DNA of 64,000 bases from Yuukianura sp. NJ FZ-2021 (taxonomy: Eukaryota): NCBI GenBank assembly GCA_046563655.1, contig CM102283.1, forward strand, positions 8,556,001-8,620,000. The letters run 5' to 3'. The position numbers and the translations under genes are program-made. The notes beneath the pieces are model-generated. The model was not told the DNA's origin and made no database searches. It saw nothing but the letters and a program-made list of their open reading frames with translations. Each line of letters begins with the position of its first letter. The first letter of the stretch is position 1. Shown in pieces: positions 23,301 to 34,147 of this stretch.

Positions 23301-26300
23301 GTAAATGGGATTGGTGCAGAAATTTGTTTGAAGTAAGATGTTTTGGAAACTGATGTATTGGACAACCTGTTGTATTTCGGTTGTCGAGGAACCTTGGAGA
23401 ATGGGCTTCTATTTGGAGGTTTACGGTATGTACGTAACTTCTACTGTGTGTTGTTGTTTCTATGGGGTAAGAAATGAGTCCAGTGGGACAGGGGCTAAGG
23501 AGGCCTAGGAGAAAGCTTTAGCTCTTCTAGAGGCTAATGTGGCCTTAGACTCCAGGAGGGAGCGGGAAGATTTGAAACCTGGAGCGCCAAGCTTTTGAAC
23601 AACCTTAGGAGAGTCCTTGGAATGCATATTGAGTCTGTTCTATTAAATTAGGAAGAACATGAGCCTCATTTGTGCCAACATCCAGGAAACAAATGACCTC
23701 CATGACATCTCACTCTTGCTAAAACCACCTTCTACAAAATAGAGACTACTCTTAACTCCCTTTATCCCACACCTTAGATTCTAGATACGTTAGATGCTAT
23801 GTTAGCCTAACCTAATCTTAGAAGAGTTAAGGTAGAGAAAGTGTGACAACGATGCTAAATGTGCTTGGAGGTCACAAGATCTGCGTGAAACGCACGGGAA
23901 GCAATAAATATTCGTCAAGAGAAAGCTTTCTCCAAGAAAATACACTAAAAAAAAGTTTTGACAAACGCTTCTTTTTTTTGCATCAACACATGTAAAGCAC
24001 TTCTGCCAGTCAAATTTTTCCAAATTTAATAACAAAACAAAAAGTTCACAAATTTACAACAGTTTACTGAATGTTGGGCGACCAAGTGGATGAGGAATTT
24101 GGTGAAAACTGAAGTTTGAACGTAGTTAATTAAAATTTGGTCCATTTCCATTGAACTGTAAATTTTTTGAATTTGAAATTTTTTGGGATCGGTGCCAAAT
24201 TTGATTTTGGTTGCTACTCATGTAGTACTGTAGTAAGAGAGAAAGCAATTTGTAAGATTCAATTTGTTAGAGAAAAAGCGTGGGAATCGTACACGAACTA
24301 AAACCGTATCTGATTTCCATTGAAATGGACTTTTGTGGACCATGTTTCCATTTTGTTGGCAACAGGTTACTTTCACTCTCCTTTTTTCCTGTCGCTTTTA
24401 CTTTCACCAAATTCAAACTCTTCTACCCGCCAAATTCAAACTGTATCACCAAAAACCCGCCAAATTCAAATTCTCTCTACAAAAATTCACCAAATTCAAA
24501 CTCATACTACAATTTCCCGCCAAATTCGAGCTACTTGTTCTGCATTCTTTCAAAATCAAACTCCCTCTGCCATTTCCCGCCAAATTCAAATTCCTCATGC
24601 CGGATTCTTGTGTGGTATGAATTAGATGATGTGATTATGAGCGTGCGGAAGGCCAAGGGAAATGTGCATCTGGGTCTCATGTCACCAGTCCTGCCTTGAT
24701 CACCATCTCCCTTATGTGTCAACCCAGCTCCAAGACGTGTCCTCCACAATTCTTCCATTTTGAATTGAGAAAATGAAACTGTATGTGAGTGGGAGAATAC
24801 AAAAGAGAGGGGAGAAGTGCAGCTGACGCTGTCTCAGACGAAAAAAGAGAAAGTAGAAGAAGTGGTTTTCTCCATTGGATTAGGAAATGCAATCAGGGGC
24901 TCCACAACTCCTTCCTCCAACACAAGAGAGAGGAAAAGAGCGGCAAAGAAAGAATATTTGAAAGTCTAAATAGCCCCCCACTTTTACTTTGGTTCTAAAG
25001 GTATTAAGGGCATATAGACGCAATAAGGAAAAGAACCTTACTTTCTCCTTTTTTACTTTTTTGAGTCAGGGATAATCGGACGGAGGCTGCAGAAGAAGCA
25101 GCCGCTTCAAACAATTTCACTTACACTTCATCTTTTTTTGTTCATTTCCATACAACAGGTACGGGCAAGCCAAAAGAGCAAGTTCTACGCATGCGCAGAT
25201 CAAAAAATTGCATAAACTGTCCAAAAATTTTCATTTTTCAACTGTATTTTTTAATTCTAAGCCCAAAATTTGTCATTTCTGCTAGAAAATGCAGCAGAAC
25301 TTGAATTGATTGAGACGTTTTTTGAAAATTCTAATCAGAATGGAACAAAAAAGTTAAAAAGTATGACAAAAAGTACTAAATTTTGGAAGTTTTTGGAAGA
25401 CAGGAGATGACATTGGTCGTAAAATATGAAAATCCCCAATAGAGAGAGAAAAGTTTTGATCTTTGAGGTTTTTTGACGAAAGTCTATGAACAAAGTTTTC
25501 AACATCTATTTTTATTTTTCCCTCGCTTTCTCTCAAGGAGGGAAAAGCGGAGGAGGGAGGAGGTGGAGGAGGAGGAGGGGGAGGGAGGAGGAGATATTAA
25601 AAGCGACAGAAAAATTGAAAAAGTGGGGGGGGGGTTCGGAATTCTCAGGGGGGGGGGGTATAAAGTTTTGGGAGAAGGCCGAATGGAGACAGATGGACGC
25701 AGAGGAGCGATTAAGGCCTGATTGGGGGCAGAGTGAGACTCCATTGGATTGGATAACGAGAAAAGCGGGAAAAAAGGTTTGAAAGGTTCGCATTCCCTTT
25801 GCCTAATGGCTGGAAAACGCCTTTTCTATGCAAATTCTTTACCCAAAATAGTGCAGTTCCTTTTACTAGTGTTCACTTTTTTTAAAACTTAGTTTTAGAA
25901 CAGTAGGAGCTTAACTAGCGGTGGAGGGAGGGAGGGAGCGGGAAAATTTGAACTGAAAAAACGACAAAAGAGAAAGCAAAAAAAGCGTTCAGGAGTTGGT
26001 AGGCGTCCAAATTAGGAACAATTAGAGATAATTCTTTTCTCCGTTTTTCCAACTTTTTTCGTGCCAAAATATTTTTCAAAAAGTAAAGAAAAAGTGAAAG
26101 TAAAAAAACGAAATTTTACTTTTCGCTTTACCTGCTCTCCTGTTTCTAATGTTCTCATTTTATCAATAAAAAGACAAAGAGCGAGAAAAAGTTTTTGTGT
26201 TTTAAATCTTTTTGTTCCAAATCCAAAATCTTTTTCGAAACTTCTCGGATTTTGGCACTTAGCTGTTCCAGATTTTTTTCGAAAAAAAAGTTTCTCTTTT

Positions 26301-27265
26301 GTTTTTTGTTTCTAAAACGTAACAAAACCTTCGTAATTTGTGAATCATAAAGTATCAAGAGCTATAAGTTATGTTTTGTGGCTAGATTAGGTTAGGGGGT
26401 GATTAGGGTGAACCGAAAAGGAGTTAATTTATGTTTGGATGCTTGGATGCTGCCAGTACTTTGCTGCCAGTAGCAGAAGAACCTTTTGTTACTGTATAAT
26501 CCTAAACAATATTAATTAGTCTTCCTAATGCGCCTCATAATTAAAATCCAATTATACCCAAAACACAGTGGATCAATTACACTTTCCACAACTTTTGGAT
26601 TTCCAGAGGCCGGAGAGAAAGCGCGCGAAAACTTTTGAAAACCAAATTTGAACTTTCCCTCCCCCGCTTCTCTGCTGCTTTGCTTCTGTTTACAGCCGAA
26701 AAGTGTCCCCTCTCCTTTTTCCAAATTTGAAGAAATGAAGAGGTTTTCGCGCCTTTTGTGGTAAAACGCTTAACTTTCTCCACTGCTTTCTTCTTTCCCT
26801 TCCCTTTTAAGATGCATTCTGAAACACTGTTTTAGTCCCAAGAGGATGAGACCAATTAGGTTGAGCCTAACCGCATTAGGCTCCAAAGAGAAAATGCCCT
26901 AATCAACTTGTGCCTGCTTTTCCCGCTCTTTTCCACTCACACTTTTTGGAAAATTTGAACTTTTCTAGATTTTATTTACAAGTTCAAATTTTCCGGGGTG
27001 TGAAAATTCCAAACGTAAAAAACTCCATTTTCACAGAAATTTGAGAATTTGAGAAAAAGAAATTAAGAATTTTTGCGTTGCCGAAAGCTACTCGGGAATT
27101 GACATGCTAAAGATTGTATTCAGAATTTGCATCTACTCAGTTTGCATTTTTTTTTGTAACTTTTTTCAAAATTTTGAAAATGGCGTTTCAGCAAATGTTA
27201 CCTGATGGATGATTTCCGATAGTCATGAGAACGGTGGTGGCCATCCAGAACAGAGAAAGTGACAT
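11362..27265 (-). CDS. Dpr-interacting protein (DIP-alpha/beta-like)/lachesin-like IgLON, 3 Ig domains, probable GPI anchor; about 11 coding exons
   Basis: Signal exon MSLSLFWMATTVLMTIGNHPS (ATG 27265). Then FQPEFAQQLDNVTVP (~19151-19214); LGRDATFTCVVKDLGGYR (18959-19013); VGWVRADSKAIQAIHTHVITHNPRVSVSH..WHLHIKGVKEEDRG (~15982-16124); YMCQVNTDPMMSQ (~15873-15915); LEVVIPPDFIPEETSGDLMAPEGSTVKLTCNARGHP (~15489-15681); FEGNVLRLSKVSRADMGPYFC (13247-13318); ASNGVPPSISKRIILSVH (~13103-13160); HPVIHVPNQLVGAP..LECNVEAYP (~12206-12325); DTGKYSCIAKNSIG (~11944-12114). Hydrophobic C-terminus. Splice phases are consistent. Confidence 0.92.
12507..12555 (+). repeat. Three poly-G tracts (G11, G11, G12) in a DIP-like intron
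   Basis: Runs at 12507-12517, 12526-12536 and 12544-12555, separated by 7-8 nt spacers. Confidence 0.9.
20250..20432. repeat. Minisatellite, ~31-bp unit (GATTTTRGTGGGAAATARTGGGAAGTTGCT-like), about 5-6 copies
   Basis: Degenerate direct repeats visible at ~20281, 20312, 20343, 20374 and 20405. Confidence 0.85.
23216..23369. mobile_element. Short MITE-like element with 14-bp terminal inverted repeats
   Basis: CAGGTTGTCCAATA (23216-23229) and TATTGGACAACCTG (23356-23369) are exact reverse complements. No clean target-site duplication is seen. Confidence 0.55.
24402..24597. repeat. Minisatellite, ~30-bp unit with CCCGCCAAATTCAAA core, about 7 copies
   Basis: The core recurs at ~30-bp spacing and produces the spurious PPNSNS-repeat ORF 24280-24699. 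Confidence 0.85.
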
Positions 27266-30200
27266 GATGATGTTCCTGTTTACGGTTGAGGTTAACGTTA
27301 TGTCTGGTGGTGAGGATTTTTGTATTTTGGCGCCAAAAACCTCAGGGATGAAGGCAGATGCCTAAGGTTGCCTCAGTGCTATGTCACCACTTCCGTTTCC
27401 TTTTCCCGCGAAAACAGCAGCAGAAGTGTTGTCTCCTTGAGTTGTGCTGGAAAAAGCAGTAGGAAGTCATAAAATATTTATCACAACTTTCTCTTGGAAG
27501 GACACAAACACATTTGGAGAGTTCTGGAGTGTCATCGTCTTCTAGGAAAAAAAAGTTCGTGGAAGCAACAGTTTAGCGTTAGAGTCAAATAGATGACCTC
27601 GATCCAGGCGGTCCATTTGTTACTACCGCAGGAACTGCAGAGAGGCGGCAGCAGCAGCAGGCGGAAGTTTTCAAAATGGAAAGTTAGAAAAAATTCAAAA
27701 AAAAGTGACAGCAGACTTGGCAGTTTTTGAAAAAAAAAATTCAAGAGTCAAGAAATGATGAAAAGTGATGGTGTGAATTATTTGGCGGTAAAAATTGAAA
27801 CAATGAGGGGAGAAACTGCGCTTTTCAAAAAGAGAAGTTTTTTTTAGAAGTTCCGACCGCCGTCAGTTTCGTATCTCCAACTGTCATTTTCAAACTTTCA
27901 TTTTTTATTTACTTTTTACGTTTGTTTTTTGAAAATGTTATAATTCTGAACCTAACAGGCTTGAACTCGGTTTTTGGTTTACAGTTGGTGACATGGGGTG
28001 ACAGCAAGAAATAAAAAAAATGGAGGCTTCCGGAACAGAAGACTAAATTTTCATCCCCTCTTTCTTACACAGTAAAATTTAGTTGCAAAAATTAAACGAA
28101 AATTTTTTAACTTCATTTTGAGTTTTCAAAATTTTTACGTCGGGGAAGAAATTTTGTGATTCTTTAACTTGCCATGAAGATTCATTTTCTAGATAAGTTG
28201 GTCCAGTTAGTCCTCAACTTTTTTTATACCTCTTTTTCGAAAAAAAAAGTTTCGAAAAGAATGAAAACTGAAGTGGTTCGGATTTAGTTTTTTGGTTTTG
28301 TCTAAAAAAAGAGTGGAATGACTCCAACGAGAGCATATTTGAAATTTGAAATTTGAATTTGACTGGAGCAGGAGAGGGAGAAAGTTAAGAGGATTTTTGT
28401 CTCTTAATGGAAAATGAAGAGAAATGCAAATATCGGGACATGAGATCACTATCGATTCACCACTTTCACCAGCCTCTTCTTCGCTTTCTAACGCTAACTT
28501 CCACTTTTTTTTAAATCAACCTCATTCCTCAACACTTTTCAAAATCAAAAATGACACTTTGGAATTAAATTTTTACTTTCTCTGTTCAAAATCTTTCCGT
28601 TTTGACGCTTTCTTCGGGTAAACCACCCATAAACCAAAAATTTAGAGAAGAAACTTTCTAAAAACCTTGCTTTTTGTTCTTTTTCATTAGAAAATTGCGT
28701 TTTAAGAAAAAAAAACTCAAAAAAATACAACTGAATTATTTACAAAGGTCATAAATTATGGTCGTAAACATAGAACGTAAAAGTTAATAAACACAGATAA
28801 GCCAAAACATCATCGATTCTGAAGGTTTTATGTACAAAAGTTAATTAATTTTTTATAATCTGCAATTAATTATCAGTAACTAATTCGCACCAGAAATCTG
28901 CTTCTAGTCTAAGATGTAAACGTTACCTAAAAAAGGCTAAAATCATAATGTTTAAAAAGTTTTTTAATTTTTTTATGGAATGAAACTTATGCTGGTGATT
29001 TTTGGTTTTTAGTGGAAGAATCTTATGGTTTGTGACTCTTTGGCTTGAAGTTTGGCTAAGTTAGAGTCGATTACACTTTGGTAATTGATGAGGCGGAGTC
29101 AATGAAGAGGAAATTGAAGTTTGGCGGGGGTGGGGGTGACTTTATGACCTTTGGCTCCTTACTAAACTTTTTATGGACACTTCAAGCCAAAACTTCCTCA
29201 TCAACTCAACCGCAACGCACAAAGTCAATCTCTTGATCAAAACAGACGCGGGAGGGTGAAAGTTAATCACAATTTAAGTTCCCACGCTTCGTTCATTTGG
29301 CCAAAACCAGATGCTTTTTCATGCTCAATTCGCAAATTGAAAAAAAAATTAAGACGGATTAACACAACAAGCGAAACGTGCTAATTCTCAACTGTTTTCA
29401 TTCTTTTGAAATTTATTTACATGGTTTTAATTTTTTTCATGTGGTGAGTTCAAACGGGAGAGAAATGGAATAAAATCGGAGTTTTAGTGAAGAAAGAAGT
29501 TTTTTTGCGATTCCGTGCCCCTCCGTCGTTTGTTCCTTTTAAACGTTGAAGTTATGGAGAAAGAGAGCGGGAAAGTTTGAACTTTTGGAATTATTTGCCT
29601 TTGAGCAGTCTTTTGTTGAAGGGAGACTTTTGGTGGACATGGAGCAGCCTTAGGAACAAACAGGCCCTTGTCATTGTCAACCTAAATTAAAATCTACTCA
29701 AGAGGGAATGGATGGGAACAATGAAAATCCGAAATTTCAAAAATTATACCTGGACTGTCCACTTTCATCCCGAAAACGACCAATTTCAACAATCCATTTC
29801 AATTTCTAAAACTTTTTGAACTTTCTCTTCAAAATTCTCAAAAAAACACCTCCAGCTCCACAGAACTGAACAAAAAACTACAAAACATGACAGAAACAAT
29901 TCAGTAAAACATGAATTTTCCAAAAAAAAAAATTTCTTGAAAAATTGAATTTTTTACGAAAGGGGTGAGAAGTTGGTATTACCTTCGTGTGAAGTGAAAC
30001 TGTGTGAAGTTTTTGCACTTTTGAGTTCGTGTTTGAAAGTTGGCGCTTTCTCCACTTGATCTCCCTCTTCACCGGAGAAAGTGGCTCTTCACAAGGTAAC
30101 TCACCCCCTACACACCTTCCCTCTCCCGTAACTCTTTCCAGTCAAAATGTTACAAAGTGAACAACTTTATTTCAAAAAGGGAGTCTACAAATTTAAAAAG

Positions 30201-32876
30201 TCGTAAAGCTCTGTTTTTAACTAAATCTTCTCAAACTCCAATGAATTTAAGTTTAGAACAGGAATGTTTGACCTGGAATGATCTGAATTGCCTTGAAGTT
30301 GAAGTTGAGTGGTGTGGTTTTGGTGCGTCTGGTGAATCTGAGGGTTGCGAAGTGACTGAAACTGCGAAGGGAGAAAGTGGAGAAAGGAAGATCCAGAATC
30401 CACAAGACTTGTTCCTTGGCATCGGTCCATTTGACCCCAGCCTCCCTGGGTTTAGTTCTGGTGTTAATCAGACGGAAGGCTGATAGCATATCCTAGGCTC
30501 CAAATGCTCATTTCAGATTAATCGATTAGTGAACATGATGAATTGAAACTAGATTACAACATCCACTTCCAAGCGGAAAGTGACCGATGACACTAGCTGA
30601 GGTCAGCAGGTCAACACAAACTTTTGTCCAAAAGTAATTTTTACTTCAACACAAATTTTGAGTTGCTCTGAAGAGGAAAAGTCAAAGGTCGAATCTGCGC
30701 TTTCACTTTTTTTTTTTGAAAAAAAAAAAAACTTTAAGAGTAATTTTGAGTTGAGCTAAAACACAAAAGTTCTAAATGTTGACCTGGATGGAAAGGTTAA
30801 AGGTCAAATGTGTGCGTTTCGTTTTTCTAATTTTTTTTTTTTGAAATTTTGAAAAGACGGATGGATTTTGATATGGAAGCACCTGGGATGCTGTTCCTGC
30901 TTAAATTGGATTGGAAATGTGAAATGTGAGCTCAATCTCTGCTTCAGCCCATCCATCAATCGGCGGCAAAGTCAACTACCCGGAAAATAAACTCAGCTGA
31001 CACTCCACACATACGAAAAAAACCGAAAAAACGAAATAGAAATTTCAAAAAAAGCTGATATCCAAATATACCCATTGTTTGCTCTTCTGCGAAGAAAAGA
31101 CCAAAAAAACTCAAAATTGAAATTTGAATTTCCAAAACTTTTAATTGAAATTGTATGTGACATTAAACCGTAAAGAATCCAAAACTGCAACGTGAGTTGT
31201 AATTTTCGAAAACCAGTTTTAGACTTTCTAAAAATTGGAAAAATTCTGTAATTCCAAAAGTCTTGATTGCCTAACATTTTTTTCAGAAAAACTTAAGTTT
31301 TCTAAACCCCGTGAAGCATAATTGTGATTCTAATCCAAGTCTATACTCTGCTCTTATTAGTCCGTGTAACTTTTGTGACTGATTTTGGACTTTTCCCGCG
31401 CCAAAAGTAGGAAAGCCGAACTAATTGGGAAAAGCACCAAATCCCTTCATTAAGAACTCCTTTCTACTTTCACCATTTGTGAAATCCAGGAGAAAGCTCC
31501 AGAAATGACACATTTTGGAAAAGCTTTTTCCATTTTTTGAAAATTTGAACGCTCCGAGGTGCGTTTTTGAATTGAATTGGCGGTTTTTAAAAAAGGAACG
31601 ACAAGGAGAAGTTAATGAGTGAAAGCAGAGGTTGAACGTAATTGGCGGGTTTGGTTGGAGATCTGAGATCTTTTAGTATAAGAATCTAATCAACCCAAAA
31701 TACAAGGCAACTTTACTTCTCCTGTCCAATTTACATAAATGAATGTAGAATCAGCTGTACTACTGCTCCAGTATTAACTTGAACAGTGTCAATCTTACCT
31801 CAGATACTGGCAGTAGTTACCTTATCGCAGATACTGGCAGGGAAAGAGGGTCTTAATACTTAAATGTTCCCTCCAGGAGAAAGTTCAAAGTGTCTCACTT
31901 TGCCCCAGTCACAAGTCAAATATTCCTGTCAGATTAGTGTCAGGATGCTCCAGTTTGAAGTCAAAGTTGAGCAGGTTCTTCTGACACCGTTCTTAAATTT
32001 TACTTGATCTCTGACTACTGGAGCCTTCCAGGAAGAAGTGTCTCTGGAGAAATCAGGGAAGCAATTAGACCGTGGATCTTAAGGAATAAGGCAATTACCA
32101 CCTACCTTAAAGGCTCCTCTGACTTAAGTACTGGCAGTATGACTTAAATACTGCCAACTACTGCCAGTATGTTCTCAATTATGAAACAAGAACTTCAATA
32201 GACAAGGACTAAAGGGCACTTTGGGAAATTGGTAAGCTGCCTATTCTTCCTTGGATTATTTAGTAACTTAAATCTTCTAGTCTTCCAGAAATCTTGATTA
32301 GGTAAACAATTTTAAGGTAAATTGGCTAAAAATTTAGTAATTAACTTTAAGTTTTTGTTATCCTGAGCAATACTGTACACAAGGGAGTACACAGAAATTA
32401 ATTAACGCAACATCCCCCTAACACAGTAATGTCGAAGGAAGGCAGCGACCTAGTGACTGTAGGATCAAATTTTTGAAAGGCGCAATCGCACCAGGTCAAA
32501 GAAGTCACAGACTTGTTTGTACTGGTGAATTCCCTAATTTTAAAAATTTCGGGCACTTACCTGACTCAGTCAGTGTCCGAAATGTTAAAAATTAGGGAAT
32601 TTGAAAATTGAGAATGGAATGATGTAATTTTAATTGCATTTAAAGAATGGAATTGTAAGAGTTGGATACATTTTGTGTACAAAATATAAATAAGGTACCA
32701 AATCATCAACTGACTTTTCCTTTTGTTACTGACTTTGTGTGTTCAGGGGGGCGGGAAGAATTTAAATTCTGACAAATGGCGCTGGGACAAGGGGAGCTAC
32801 AGGAACACAGTCTTCTTCTCTTTGGAGCAACAAATCAAATCTTCACTTTGTGCCTGGGAGCCAAGGAAGAATTAAC

Positions 32877-34147
32877 TCAGGACGTTTTCTTTTCACGGGG
32901 GTCAATGTGCACTTCCAGAAAGTCGCCATGGGCAGTCACTGCCTTCGGAGTCACCAACCTTCACAAAAAATCCAATACAATCAAAAAATTTTTAAATTTT
33001 ACATGCTAAATTGCTATGGTCACTCACCAGGAAAACATGGCCAGCCATCCTATCAAAGTTGGGATGTAAATGTAGTCCCGTTCATACTGAATTCCTTCAA
33101 TGACTTTTCGAGCGACGAGTTCTGGAGTCACGATGGGAAACAGAAACGGAAATCTAGGAGGGAAAATCGTTAATTTAGTAATTATTCGATTAACTGTGTA
33201 ATTGATGTTAGGTTTACCGAGTGTGAGGTACGCCTTCCTCCAGCATCTCTGTCCGGCAGTAGAAGGGGTAGGCAGTAGTGAACTTAATTCTTGGTTTTTT
33301 GGGATGATGAAGAATTTCATCTCGAAGGGCATCCATGTAGCCTTGGACGGCATGTTTCGTTCCACTGTAAGGAACAATGTAACGAGTGGGCAAAATTCCA
33401 CATGCTGAGCACACTGAAACAATATGGCCGCTGTTCCGTTGGATCATTCCAGGAAGAAAAGCTCGAAGCACCTTAGACATCAGCATAAGTTCAACTCAAA
33501 ATGAAACGAATTCAATAAAAACAGAATCGTAGATTACCCAAAAATTTGAGAGGACGTTGACTTGAAACATGGACTCGATGTCCTCTGGAGGGGTATCCAG
33601 AAACGGGAGAATCCTCATGAGCCCGGCATTGTTTATGACAATTGTCACTTCTCCTATTTCTTCACGAACCTAAAATATTGAAATGCTGTACAAAACCAAA
33701 TCATCATCTTACTAAATTTTCATCTTACCAATGCAGCAGTTCGTTCTACTTGGAGTCTGTTACTGACATCAACAGTGTAGCCATAGGCTTTCCCACCACG
33801 ACTTCGTATTTTCTCTACAACTTCTTCATTTGGTTTGGCACTTCTACTCCAACAAACAATTATGGCTCCAGTTTTTGCCGCTTCGAAGCAAATCTCACGT
33901 CCAATGCCTCTACCCGAGCCAGTAACCTACAAAAACAGATTAGGTACAAAACTTTAGTCAACCGAAGCTGCAAAAAGAGTCTTACCAGTATGATTTCCTT
34001 TGAAAGTGACTTGGAGTGACCAGAAATTAGTCTGTGATACACGAATTCAAAATAATAGAGGACGGTGAAGAGAAGTACTACGGAGTACTGGCAACAGAAG
34101 ACAATAACCTCCAGCACCATTTTCCAAATGTCCCATCCTTCCGCCAT
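32877..34147 (-). CDS. Short-chain dehydrogenase/reductase, SDR16C type (epidermal retinol dehydrogenase 2/RDH10/17-beta-HSD13-like), about 6 exons
   Basis: N-terminal membrane anchor (VIVFCCQYSVVLLFTVLYYF); VTGSGRGIGRE cofactor motif; INNAGL; catalytic YSGTK (YxxxK); ends DFLEVHIDPREKKTS* (stop 32877-32879). Confidence 0.9.

Noticed and set aside
20250-24597. Regularly spaced ~30-bp repeats considered as a possible CRISPR-like array
   Set aside because: The units are contiguous degenerate tandem repeats without unique spacers, in eukaryotic intron DNA with no cas genes.
24280-24699. 139-aa ORF with PPNSNS repeats
   Set aside because: A by-product of a 30-bp minisatellite: all three frames are open, it is antisense within an intron, and there is no gene context.
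30157-30489. Cluster of overlapping ORFs upstream of the DIP-like gene
   Set aside because: No homology-like motifs or consistent exon structure. At most a non-coding 5' exon region.
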